From positions 2,294,001 to 2,358,000 of the forward strand of contig NC_043012.1 of assembly GCF_006345805.1 (NCBI RefSeq): 64,000 bases of DNA, written 5' to 3'. A program made the translations under genes and the position numbers. Position 1 is the stretch's first letter; the number at the start of each line of letters is the position of its first letter. The notes below the pieces were generated by a model that saw only the letters and a program-made list of their open reading frames with translations, searched no databases and was not told where the DNA came from. The DNA comes from Octopus sinensis. Taxonomy: Eukaryota. This document shows positions 41,002 through 54,163 of this stretch, in pieces.

Positions 41002-41223
41002 CCCTTTTGTTACCATTTTTCTTTTGAGATGCTCTGTGTTTCTTTCAGTTAATTTTAAATATAACGAAGAATTTAGTAAAACAACTTAGTTATCATTAAG
41101 CTAGTGTTAGGAACATAAATTGTGATTTAGGTTTGGTGGAAGATTTTAATTCAGAACTTTTGAAAACAAGACATTTGTACTACAAAGCCAGAGGCAGTTT
41201 CAGGCAGGCTGGTATCAAAAGAG
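41002..41223 (+). mobile_element. piggyBac-type MITE family B
   Basis: TTAA-CCCTTTTGTTACC start and GGTATCAAAAGAG-TTGA degenerate end; related copies at 58337-58820, about 43092-43313 and about 2085-2235. Confidence 0.7.
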
Positions 41224-44200
41224 TTGAATATATTAATGGCAGTCCCGAATTAGTTAAATTAGTTTTATTTACATAAACATTGAATCACAATAAACTGGCT
41301 GGCATCTCCACGTGGTGAATTTTCAATTTTCTCTTGGAACATTTGACTTCTCCAAGTAATGCCTTGTGTTTATATTCAGTCTAAGATCTGCTTAAGGCCA
41401 TGACAGAGCACTACCACAACCCACACACACACACAGATAAGTAGATATATATTATGATGGTTGAAGGGATAGATAAAGTTCATGTCTGCTTTATTGCTTG
41501 AATGATATTTTCTTAATTACTTGATTCTTGAAAGTAATACTGAAACACAAATATATGTTCTTATATTCCAATTGAGAACTGGATGTGACCGAAATCAATT
41601 TGTAATAGCTATAAATCAAAATGATCCATAGTTATTAAGTGTGGTGTTATTTGAACCTGAGATGTTTATGTTTGCACTTTTAGTCAATCACATTGTCCCA
41701 GTACTTATCCCAGCCTGTCTCATAATTTTATCAAGTTTCTATTTACCAATTGGGTAAATCACCTTTTGATATGAAAGCTATGCTGTTTTACATCATCATG
41801 CTCAAACACAAAGCTTAGTTGCCCTTCCTGTCGATACTTGCCATGCACTTGCTGTTTAGTCCCAACTCAATCATGACTGAGCAAATCAGCAGACAAAGGT
41901 TATCCGGTCTTAGTCATCTCCTTTTATTCATACAGTGTATCAAAGACCATTGTAGAGTGTGATTTGTCTGTTCTTTCTAGCAGGCTAGCAGGTTGAGTGA
42001 CTGTATAGAGGCTTTCTCGGTGACTGTCAGCATTCCTGTTAGTGTGGTTGTAACAGTCACTGGTGGAAGCAAGAATCAGGTCGTCTCATCAGCCAAGACA
42101 ACATGTTTACTTAGTGGCTACAACATAATTGTGATACAGTGAGAGGTGCAAGTAATTTCTCAGCCTTTGCTTATAAGATGATACGGTTGCTCTTGACATG
42201 AAGCCAAAACTTACATTTTTTGTATCATATAACCAGATTGCATCACAACTTGTGCTCTGTCTATAGTCAAGCAGTGAACTATTTCTAACAGATAACGGTC
42301 ATGTTTGTTTGATACCTGTTCAAATGTTATCGTCATACTCTTTTTTTCTTCTTCTGGGATTCTTTCAAGATCAGAATACCTGACAACATTTAGAATGTTT
42401 ACCTACATCAAAATTACTCTAAAATAGCTTGGTTAATGCCTTTGTTTGGTTGAATTAACCCTTAAGCATCACTGCCAAATCTAATGCTTATTTATTCACA
42501 TTGTTTTGAATTAACCATGCATTATCCCATAATTTCAAGATTTCAATGATGTGATCATTTATTTTTAGGACATTGTATGGTAGGTGTGAGAGGCTGGATA
42601 AAAAAAGGTGGAATATTTGGGCCTGATATGGCCTATTTAAATTGCTTAAGGGCATAAGCCTTGTCCAGTTATGTTTACCCTTTCTTGACATGGCTAATTG
42701 GTTAGAGCATCAGGCTGACAATCATGAGATAATGAGCTTGATTGCTGGACCAGGCTGTGTGTTGTGGTCTTGAGAAAAACACTTTATTTCGCGTTGCTCC
42801 AGTTCTCTCAGCTGTAGAAATGAACTGTGACGTCACTGATGCCAAGTTGTATTGGCCTTTGCCTTTCCCTTGGGTAACATTGGTAGCATGGAGAAGAGAG
42901 GCTGGTATGCATGGGTGGCTGCTGGTCTTCCATAAATAACCTTGTCCAGACTTGTGCCTTGGAGGGAAACTTCCTAGGTACAGCCCCATGGTCATTCATG
43001 ACCAAAGAGGCTCTTTACCCCTTTTACATTTCTGGATTTAAAATATTGTGCTTCCCACAGCAAGCATGTTCATGACTAACATTAAAAAAAACCCTTTTGT
43101 TATAACATTTCAGTCAAAATATATTACCATATTTACAATTAATTTTCAAATTAATGAAGGATTTAGTAAATTAACTATCATTATTAAGCTGGTGTTTGGA
43201 GCATAACATGAAAGTTTGATGGAAGATTTGAGCTTAGATCACTTTAAGCAGGAAGTTGGTAAGTTGGTATCAGATAACTTGGTGCAGTCTTGGATGGTTT
43301 GGTATCAAAAGAGTTAATAATATACACTACACTGGCTCCTTTCCTTGCTATTTCACTGACAATGCTTTGAACTCATGGTTGATAAACTCTGTGAGAGAGA
43401 TTTTCTGGTTAGGAAATTCTAAATTCAAAATGCTACTTCTAATAATAAAACAAAGCTAGAGTGATGAGTACGCAATGTTGGGCATTTTAAAGTTGAAATT
43501 TAAAAACACTCTATTGTCTTAACATTGACTAGTCTCTTTGTACAAACCATACACAGTTGCTATTATATGTGTATCTTTGTTTCAGTCATTGGACTGCGGC
43601 CATGCTAGAACAATGCCCTGTAGGGGTTAGATGAATAAATCAACCTCTACTTTGTTTTTTTTTTTGTAAAACCTGGTATTTATTTTATCAGTGTCTTTTG
43701 CAGAACTACTAAGTTACTGGAATGTAAACAAACCAACACTGGTTGTCAAGTGTGGCAGGGGACGAACACAGACACATTCACACACGCATGCATGCACATA
43801 CGTACAACAGGTTTCTTTCAGTTTCTCTCTACCAAATCCACTCACAAAGCTTTGGTCAGGTGGGGCCTTATTGTAGAAGACATTTGTTCAAGGTGTCATG
43901 ATTGGGAAGCAAACTTCTTAACCACACAGCCACAACTGCACCCATACAGCTGGCATGTTTTTGTTTTTAGTGCTTCTGTCTCCAATAATTTGAAGAGGAT
44001 GGTGCAGTGTCCTCCGAATTTAGCAGGACATGAAAATCCAGAGGGGTGATATTCTGGGCAGGAAAGAGCAAGGGTTATTTATCTCACTCTGTTTTCTCTA
44101 TATTTCATCAGCCATATTCAGAGGTCCTAAAATAAAAAAAAAAGCTATAGGTACTGCACCATCTTCTTTACATTAATTTGTAAGGTAGGTGGGGCACTAA

Positions 44201-44446
44201 ATTTTATAATATTAAACATGTTCTTGATTATGTTAAAAAATGAGCTTATTAATTTTGAAGGGCAGATACAGACTGTATGGGTGGTTGTGGTGGTGGTGGT
44301 GGTGGTAGCTCTATTGTAACTCTGTATTGTTGCAACATTTAATTGAATGTAGTTGACACAGGATGTTTTCAATAGTAAAGCTGTAAAGGAAAAGAGATTG
44401 ATTTTTTTTTTCAATCAAAATAATGTATTTTGCTACTGGACCTTTG

Positions 44447-44476
<30 letters not shown>

Positions 44477-44477
<1 letters not shown>

Positions 44478-44880
44478 TTTATTCTTTTATTTGTTTCAGT
44501 CATTTTGACTGCAACCAGGACTTATTCTTTGTAAGCCTAGTACTTATTCTATCAGCCTCTTTTGCCAAACTGCTCAGTTACGAGGCCGCAAACACACTAA
44601 CATCGGTTGTCAAGCAATGGTGGGGATACACACACACACACATATGACAGGCTTCTTTCAGTTTTCATCTACCATATGTGTGTGTGTGTGTCCACCATTG
44701 CTTGACAACCAATGTTGGTGTATTTATGTCCTCATAACTTAGCAGTTTGGCAAAAGAGACCAATAGAATAAGTACTAGGCTTACAAGGAATAAGTCCTGG
44801 GGTTGATTTGCTCGACTAAAGATGGTGCTCCAGCATGGCCGCAATCAAATGACTGAAACAAGTAAAAGAATAAAAGAATA
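44477..44880. repeat. Foldback of SINE family 1 3' halves (inverted arms, 26-nt spacer)
   Basis: Minus-orientation arm 44477-44646 and plus-orientation arm 44673-44880 pair through catatg and (CA)/(TG) up to the SINE tail. Confidence 0.8.
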
Positions 44881-46701
44881 TACATTTTATATATATATAT
44901 ATATATCATAGCTACTGGTCCTCTGCCTGCACTTCCCTCATAGCGTCTCCCATTCTATGAATAACCATCACACGCCCTCACTTTCACTACTCTGCAATTA
45001 TTGTCTCTTTTGTTGCACCCTATCATCACTGTCCCCCTCTTCATCACTCTTTCTAGCACTATCTTGTTTCTTCCTCCTCACACCAATCACTTTGTCAGCC
45101 ACCTCCTCTACCACCACCACTGTACTCTCACTTCTGTCTGCCTCCTACCTTAGTTCTTCCTCTGCAGTTACCCTCTGTCTTACCCTCTCTGTTGGTCACA
45201 ATGCCCTGAACGTAGACATCATACTGTGTTGAAAGCCCCTTTTGTCTTACTGGGTGTAAGGGCAGCTTAACTACTACTTGTGCACACATAGTACGCTCTG
45301 TAAAGGGATAGGTAATCGAGTGGATACAATATGGGGTTAAGGGGTCCTTTCTGTCCCTTTTGTCTTGTTGAGAACATGACACCTTTGATGAAATGCACTC
45401 AGTTCCTTGTGTAGCAGTTCATGCTGGGAATGGCAACCAGCTGCAGAAACCATACCGAAATAAAATTCATGCGCAAGACGCTGTCAGGCAGCTTGACTTG
45501 GAGGGTAGTGATTCCATATAAGAAATGAAACCTCTTTGGCCTATCCTACTCAGGCTAGGAGGGAAAGTGGATGTAAAATGGGGATGACATATGTACCCCG
45601 CTGCTGCTGCTTCTCTCTCTCTCCCTCACACACAGTACATGATTTGGCTGGTCTTTTTTTTTATAGCAGAAGGCTCTGCAGCTGGTGGTCGTTCTGATCA
45701 ATGTAAGAAGAGGAACTTGTTTTTTTTTATTCCTCTTAGTTCAGTCAGACAAATTGGAGTAAACTTCAACAAACAAATTTTGGTATTCAGCAGGGCATCC
45801 GTGTTTAACAACAAAGCAAATTAGTCTAACCCCTTGTACTGATGATGGTGATATATTGTTTATTGTTCGACAGTTTCTTGTCTGCATTTAAATAAGTGTC
45901 TTCTACTATAACCTAGGGCCAACGAAAGCCTCGTGAGTTGATTTGGTAGATGAAAACTGAAAGAAGCCCATCATATTTGTGTGTGTATGCATCTGTGTTT
46001 GTGTGTACCCTTGTCTTGATACTATGGCATTCAGATCACCCTATCAAAAGTAATGCTTATTTATTCATATAGTTTTAAATTAATCATGCATTGTCTTGTA
46101 GCTTCAAGATTTCAGTGATGTCATTGTTTATTTTTAGAATGACATTGTAGGCTAGGTTTAATAGGCTGGATCCAGTCAGTTTGAACGTAAAACAAGTGGA
46201 ATATTTGGGCTAGATTTGGTGAATTTGAATACTAAAAGGTAAAAAGAAATGTGTTTGGCCATGGGAAAGAAATAATACCTTGTTTACCTTGCTTGCAAAC
46301 AAGTGGGGTTCCTTGCAAGCATGGAAAAGTAGATATTGAATAATAATAATAATTATTATTATTATCTTTAGTTGGCACAGTTCTTAGTTGTGTAGCCATT
46401 CTGGAGTTTGTTTTAAGCAGTTGTGGATCTGAAATGATTCCAGTAAAATACAAAACACCATTGTTAACTTAGGCACTTCCCTGGGGATTTGACAGAAGGA
46501 CTGACAACCAACAGAGATCTCTTGGGACAGTGCTGGCTTCATTAACTCCATCCAATGCAGTATAGGGGAAAACAGGTCTAGTAGTGGAAGTGGTGGTGTG
46601 TAGTGATAAGGAAGATATTGTTAGCCTCATGATAGCCTAGTGTGAGTTGACCTATAATGAGATGTTCCAGCTGTGAACCACCAGTTTTTTTTCTTTCTTC
46701 C

Positions 46702-46736
<35 letters not shown>

Positions 46737-47089
46737 AAAAACAAGTCAAGGTAGAAAATGCTATATATATATATATATATGCACTTTTACATATTTCAGC
46801 CCCAAGGCTGTGACACCATACATACACACACACACACATGATCTCCAAAACTACATTATCTAATATGTCCATTTATTTTTCCTAAGACAGTAGGTTGTGA
46901 TATGGGGATTTAGCTGTTACTTCTAGCAAGTTGAGTGACTGTAGAGGGTCATTGGTTGGCCTCATGATAGTGGCGGCAGCAGCAATCACAGCTGCAGCTG
47001 CTGACTTTAAAGCTTCACCATATAAATTGCTCTTCAGAAAAGATTTGGAAGATTAGTCTAATCTTGTAGACTAAGCTAATCTCTTTATT

Positions 47090-47169
<80 letters not shown>

Positions 47170-47400
47170 TTATACATCTTATCTTGAAATTGACACTGGA
47201 ACTTGATTGCTAAATATTCTCAGGTCTGAGTTGCATGGTTGGCCCATTTGAGTTCAAGTCATTCCTCCTTCCTTATCTAAATAATTATCAAGGGCCCAAA
47301 TGGAATATCTAAATGTTTTGCAATTTTTTTTTCTCTCTTTCTTAGAATATATATCATTTTAGCATTTGTTACAACCAAGCTCTGTTTATAAAACATTACA

Positions 47401-47445
<45 letters not shown>

Positions 47446-48204
47446 CCCTCTCCCTCTCCTTTTTATGTAATTTTCCACAGTATCAAGTTGAATGGTTCTA
47501 CAAATTTGGATATTTGTGTAATGTTGCAGCTAGTTGCTGACAGCTGAATGTGCCTCCCACTGTGTCTTTGCCTGTTTTCCCCTCCCCTACTTGTTTACCA
47601 CTACTACCATCACCACTCCTTCTTTTTCTAAGTTTCTTCCTCTGGCTGTGTATCCCCCCCCACACACACACACTCAGCCCCTCAGTGCATCTGTCTTTCT
47701 TGCTCTCTTTTATTTTTCTTCTTTCTTATCTCTCAAATTTCACACTTGAAAACTTTACCTAATTTTTCTTTCGCATAACTGCAACCCCACTGCTATCCCC
47801 TATCTGCTCACGTTTTTCCCTCTAACCACCAGACTTGGCAAATCAGTCGGAACATTGACTATGCAAACCCCACCACCAAGATTGAGAAGTCTGCCTCTTC
47901 CCCACTTCTCCTTAAATAATTCTTAAGAACATAAATATATTTCAGAAATTAAGAATTATTACTTCTCAGAGAAAGCAAATAGGAAATATTAAACACAGTT
48001 TTTATGTAACTAAATGAGCTGAAATAATCGCTTAGAAATTTCTTGGAAAAGTATTTGAAGAATTCAGTATAGGTTTTGGTTAATCGGTTGTCTCAATGAT
48101 AGATTAACAGAATCTTTAGAACATCAGAGAGAAAAATATGCTTAAGAGACCTGTACATCATCATCATTATTTAACATCCACTTTTCCATGTTTGCATGGA
48201 TCAG

Positions 48205-48958
48205 ATGGAATTCACTGAGGCAGATTTTGTATGGAAGCTCTTCCTGTCATCAACCCTCACCTGTGTCCAAGGAAGGTAATACTATTTTCCTGTGGCCAGA
48301 TATGTTTTTCACAGATGATTGGAAATGAACAACATTACTTGTATGATGGTGATGCTGGTTTACAACCACCATGTGATGTCAAGACAAGGACTCACAGAAA
48401 ATCACACACACCACTTATACACTCATACATACAACAGGCTTCTTTCAGTTTCCATCTTCCAAATTCACTCACACACTATTGATTGCCCTGGGGCTATAGT
48501 AGAAAACATTTGCTCAAGGTGCCATGCAGTGGGATTGAACCTGTCATGTGTTAGCCTTGCCTTTCATCCTATACTCAATAAAATGGAATTCACTGAGGCA
48601 GATTTTGTATGGAAGCTCTTCCTGTCATCAACCCTCACCTGTGTCCAAGGAAGGTAATACTATTTTCCTGTGGCCAGATATGTTTTTCACAGATGATTGG
48701 AAATGAACAACATTACTTGTATGATGGTGATGCTGGTTTACAACCACCATGTGATGTCAAGACAAGGACTCACAGAACACTCATACACTTATACACTCAT
48801 ACATACAACAGGCTTCTTTCAGTTTCCATCTTCCAAATTCACTCACACACTATTGATTGCCCTGGGGCTATAGTAGAAAACATTTGCTCAAGGTGCCATG
48901 CAGTGGGATTGAACCTGTCATGTGTTAGCCTTGCCTTTCATCCTATACTCAATAAAAT
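48205..48958 (+). repeat. Near-identical 378-bp tandem duplication
   Basis: 48205-48582 is repeated from 48583 to about 48956; the ORFs at 48231 and 48609 are offset by 378; the only visible difference is in the CA-rich segment. Confidence 0.9.
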
Positions 48959-50347
48959 TAAGCAGCGGTTGACAATTGGATTTACTTGACTGCCCTAGTT
49001 GTTTATTGGGTTGTCTTCATGCAAGATACTAAGGCAGTGTGCTGGCAGAAATGTTAGCATGCCGGGCGAAATGCTTAGCGGTATTTCATTTGCCATTACA
49101 TTCTGAGTTCAAATTTCGCCGAGGCCAACTTTACCTTTCACCCTTTCGGGGTTGATAAATTAAGTACCAGCTACACACTGAGGTCGATGTAATTGACTTA
49201 ATCCCTTTGTCTGTCCTTGTTTGTATCCTCTATGTTTTGCCCCTTGTGGGCAATAAAGAAATAAGATACTATGGCTGAGTATCTTTAATGAATTGTTAGT
49301 GTAGCTTACACATTAAGGGCAGAAAGAGCACAATCCTCAGTAATGTTCCTGTGCAGAGCAGTGATGTTGTGTATTATTAGCTTTGACTGACATAGCAATG
49401 GAAAAATGCCACACAAATCTTATGGTTAGCGTGAAATGTAGTGCATCCATCATTGTGCTCAATGCAAGTCAACAGATAAAGAAAGATGTTATCATCTAGA
49501 ACTTCATCAGACTTGTAATACTTCCAGCAATGTATATAAAGTAAAAAAGATTTAAAACATTTTGAGCTTATTCTAAGTTTTTTTTTCTTTCTTTCTATCA
49601 TATAGCTACTTTGATAAGTACATCAAGAGAAATATTACAAATACTGTAAGATTATTTACATGGAAAACATAGCAATGTTCAATCTAACATTAATCCTGTT
49701 CAGAAGAGAATATATTTGATCTTCATTCCATTCTTGGAGTGGTAGACAATTTTATACTTATATGCATACATTCATGTGTGTGTGTGTGTTTGTTTATATG
49801 TCTGAAATGTAAGCAAACAAGACAGACTCTTGTAGGAGCTTCAATCTGCTAGAGATAATAGTTAAGTTCTCAGAAATCACACTCTGCCTTCTTTAAAAAG
49901 AGAGAGGTGTAAAAACATGCTTGACAATATAGATTTGGATATACAAAAAGACAGGATGGTCATGGTTGACTTGAATCTAAAAATTTGACCAAAAAAAAAA
50001 AAAAAAGAAATCTCTTACTGAGGGCCAAACACAGAATATCTTTGGTGCGGATTGAACTCAGAAATATGTGGTCAGTAATATGGCTCATCAATTTCAAGGT
50101 CATTTTACTATTTTATTGTCTTTAAAAAATTGATTTTACTTTTACTTGTTTTGGTCATTGATCTGCATCCATGCTGGGGCACCACCTTGTTGGGTCTTAG
50201 TCAACTACATTGACCCCAGTACTTTTATTAAGTCTGGTACTTATCCTATCTGTCATTTTTGCTGAACTGCTAAGTTGCAGGGGCATAAACAAATCAACAC
50301 TGGTTGTCAGGCAGTGGCAAGGGAGGGATCAAAACCAGCAGAAACTC

Positions 50348-50392
<45 letters not shown>

Positions 50393-50521
50393 CACTCTGC
50401 TGGGTTGTTGGTGTTGAGAAGGCCATCCAATTGTAAAAACCGTGTCAAACATCAAACATACATAGAAGTCTGGTGCAGGCTCATGCCTGCATGGAAGGTG
50501 GGCATTAAACAATGGTAATGA

Positions 50522-50561
<40 letters not shown>

Positions 50562-50565
<4 letters not shown>

Positions 50566-51209
50566 TAAGCAATAAAGGGTTTAGCAACGAATTGCCTTAC
50601 CACATACCGAATTTAGAAATAGCAGTCAAAGAGTTATAGCTATTTCTTCTACTAAAAAGGGAGATCTCAGTAAAAACAGCAATTGGAAGGCAGACACAAA
50701 CAGGTAAGAGAGAATGAATTGACGGCAATCTATCATACAATTTTAAGTTATCTACGGACGTACGTTTCGAAATCAAGTCTTTAGGAAAGCATAAGAATTA
50801 AATATTAAATAATTCTATCTTACCAAAAACTTCTTTTCTCTTCAGCGTAGAATACTATAATTATAAATGATTATATATTGAATTTTGAGATACTAGAAGG
50901 CACCAACTCAACTCAGTATCAGAGCGAGCTAGAATCCGCAACTAGTATCACCAAATTCAATGCGTGAATGAAAAGATTGTGTCACCAGCCCCTTCCCACC
51001 CGCGTGTAGCCAAAACAAGATGCTGTGGTCATCTACTGAGATAAAATATGGTTATCCGTAATAATGAAGGGTGAAATTAATTAATTTGGAATAATTATCA
51101 ATTACACCAAGTAGTCTTCGGCATGTAAAAGCCTCATTCGAGGAAAATTTAAGTAATACTAAGCAATAAAGGGTTTAGCAACGAATTGCCTTACCACATA
51201 CCGAATTTA
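50562..51209 (-). mobile_element. Non-coding hammerhead-bearing retroelement (retrozyme / Penelope pseudo-LTR-like), 594-bp unit with 54-bp direct terminal repeats, inserted in (TA)n
   Basis: atactaagcaataaagggtttagcaacgaattgccttaccacataccgaattta occurs identically at 50562-50615 and 51156-51209; both outer flanks are (TA)n; intact hammerhead core inside; no long ORF. Confidence 0.8.
50751..50851 (-). ncRNA. Type I hammerhead ribozyme, apparently intact
   Basis: Minus strand reads UCUACG-CUGAAGA-[GAAA..long helix II..UUUC]-GAAA-CGUACG-UC-CGUAGA: 6-bp helix I, both core boxes canonical, palindromic helix III, GUC cleavage triplet (predicted cut between 50757 and 50756). Confidence 0.88.
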
Positions 51210-53421
51210 TATATATATATATATATATACATACATACATACATATATACATACATATATATATTCAACAAGCTTCTACACAGTTTTCATTTACCAAATT
51301 CACTCACAAGGCATTGGTCAATTCAAGGCTGTAATAGTAACCACTTGCCCAAGGTATGCTTAGTGGGACTGAACTCAAAACCATGTGGTTACAAAGCAAG
51401 TTTCTTACCCACACAGTCATGCCTCACATTAAGTTTTGTCTCTTTACCACTCAGTCTCTATCTCCTCAACACTGTTCCATGAGCCTGTTGGGGAGCCTCT
51501 GCATTCATTTGGCCTGTTAGAAATACAAACCATACCTCCCTCAAATCAAGCCATACAATCTTTGAAAAGAAGGGACATATTGTAAATAGTATATTGTATT
51601 CACTGTGCCTTTGAAAAATATAGGATGGCTTTATCTGGAATACCTTAATGGGTCTGCTCAATTTGGTCCTGCAAGAAGCTGGACAGTGATTTTTTTTTCA
51701 CAAGCCAGTGATAGAATCTCTATGTAATTTTGTTTTTATTTATTTATTTTTTTGTCAGACAGGCCTAAATCAGACATGACTTTTTATAGGGTCTCTATGA
51801 TTGGTTAGAGGAAGGTATCCCCAAACCAAAAATCTGGCCTGAATGCTTGTTGCAAAGTGGACTTCACTGAAGACACCAATGTGTTTTAAACCAGATGATG
51901 TATTATGTAGATTTGTTAGAAATGACAACCAAATCTTCTTGAAGTCACATCTTACCATCTCAAGGAAAAGAGGGATACTTTAAATAATGTAACCTTTGAA
52001 AACTAGCTGGTTTGGGCATGGATGGAATAGTTTTGATCATAGGTCTGCTGCATCTGACCTATCTGGAGATAAACAACGGATACTATGTTATATGGTGCGT
52101 TTAAGTTAACTTGTGATAAATGTATGATGAGGAAATTAAGGAAAATAAATAAAAAAACAATATTATTTACTGCCCAATATTATTTTTACTTCTCTGGCAA
52201 GTAAGGGAAGACAACTCTGAATGTGTTTTAACTTCATTCTGACCTTTACTAGCAACACGTGCCTTTGCTTGTGTTTACTGAAAATTATACATTTGTTGAT
52301 GTTGAAAAATAGAATTGTTTAGAAATGAGATATCGTAACGTTATTTTGTACTCGTTTCAACTGTTGAGTGTTTGGTTATGTAATCCTCTGTTTTCTTTCA
52401 TCTCAGTCTTCTCTATAAAGTGAGAAAATGCATTTTTTTTGTTTTGGTTTCGTTTCTTCACGGCTTATTTCAGCTTGTATCTCGAAACTTATCTCCATTT
52501 CTTTTCATCAGGGATATTTTTGTTTGTTTTTTTTTTCTCTCTCTTATTCATGCAGTGTAGATATGGTCACATGGCTAAGAAGATCACTTCACAATATGGT
52601 TCTCAGTTCGATTCCCACTGTGCTTTATCTTGAGCAGTTTTCTTCTCTCATTGCCTTGGGTCAACCTAAGTCTTGTGAATGTAATTAGATAAGTGGAAAT
52701 GGTATAGAAGCCTTGATAGGTGGATGATATATATTCTTGTGTGGTGGTGTAAATCCATTGGTTGGTTTAACACCCCCATCACCACTTGGTTGTTGGGTGT
52801 CTTTGGTGAAGTCCATCTGTTGCAAGTGAGGGCACATGGTTTAGTGGTTAGGTCGTTGGACTCGCAGTCATTAGCTTGTAGAGTGTAATTCTCAGGTTAC
52901 GTGACATGCTGTGTCCTTAAAAGCAAAGTACTTCATCTCACACTTCTCCAATACATTCAAGTGAAAATTAGTAACAGTGGGCACCTGAGGTGCAGATGAC
53001 AGGGTTGACCTTGCAGCAGACTAGCATCTTGTTCAGAGATGAATATAGAACTCTCAGTCTAAACCCCTTGAAAATTCAGTTAAATTCTGGCTTCGTTGGC
53101 CTATAATCTCAAGGCTGTGTTTGTGTGTGTGTTGCAAATTTCAAGCTAAGTCTCTCATCAGAGGAAAACCCCTGAGTCATGGTTTCTTCTCTTCCCAGGC
53201 TTGGAAATTTTACAAAGGGCCATGGATGCTGCTTTTTTTGCTCTTCTGACTAAGCCCTTCAAAAATAATCTTACATATCAGTCAGTCTGTGATTTACTAA
53301 GTTTGGTGGTGGTGGGGGGATTGATAGAAAAGGACCTGGTGTCTCAAGGAAATAATTTTTTTCTTCTTGAAACAGCACTGTTCAAAAATTTCAGTATATT
53401 TTGTTTAAAATCTGTGTGTGT

Positions 53422-53480
<59 letters not shown>

Positions 53481-54163
53481 CTCATCTCTTCTGGTGTCAG
53501 GGATGAAGCTACTCTTCCATCTTGTGAAAGATTTATCTTTATTAAACTGAAACTGGTTAATCAGTATTTGTTGTTGTTGTTGTTATTTACCCCCCCCCCC
53601 TCCCTCAGTACTGAACCAAGCAAGCTTCTGTGTTGACCATCCTGTCCTTTTAGGGTCTCCAAGTACATTAATCTGTCTTTGCTCCCCACCTTTTTTTTTT
53701 TTTTTAAAGATTGTAGGATGTGACTTGAGTGGGATTTGACTAATATTTTTATCAGATGGAGTAACTGCCAGGTGGCTCCCTTAAATGTCTATTGAGGTCA
53801 GTGTTTTCTATGTCATGTGTTGTCTCTGTGACAAGATTTCCTATTTTCTGATTAATCATCTCCATCCTCACCATATTCCCACTATGTGACTAATATGTTG
53901 TGAGAACATGGTCTTAGAACCAACACAGATGTCTGTGTGTGTGTTCTCAAGGACCATATTGTTGCAATCTGTCACTCTAAATAGTGTCCTTATTTGAGGT
54001 GCTGTTTGATCGGAAAACATGGCGTACTCTATCAAGTGCCTACTGAAGTCATCAGCCTTCATGTTGCCATTAAAAACCATCAGAGAAATTGCTATATCAT
54101 TGCTCAACCTGCTAAAAAGAACAACCAAATGCCCTCAGTCAAGTCAATAAAGGGGCACCCCTT

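Noticed and set aside
53868-54128. 86-aa minus-strand ORF containing KADDF
   Set aside because: No further RT or other recognisable motifs; at most an unclassifiable old TE fragment.
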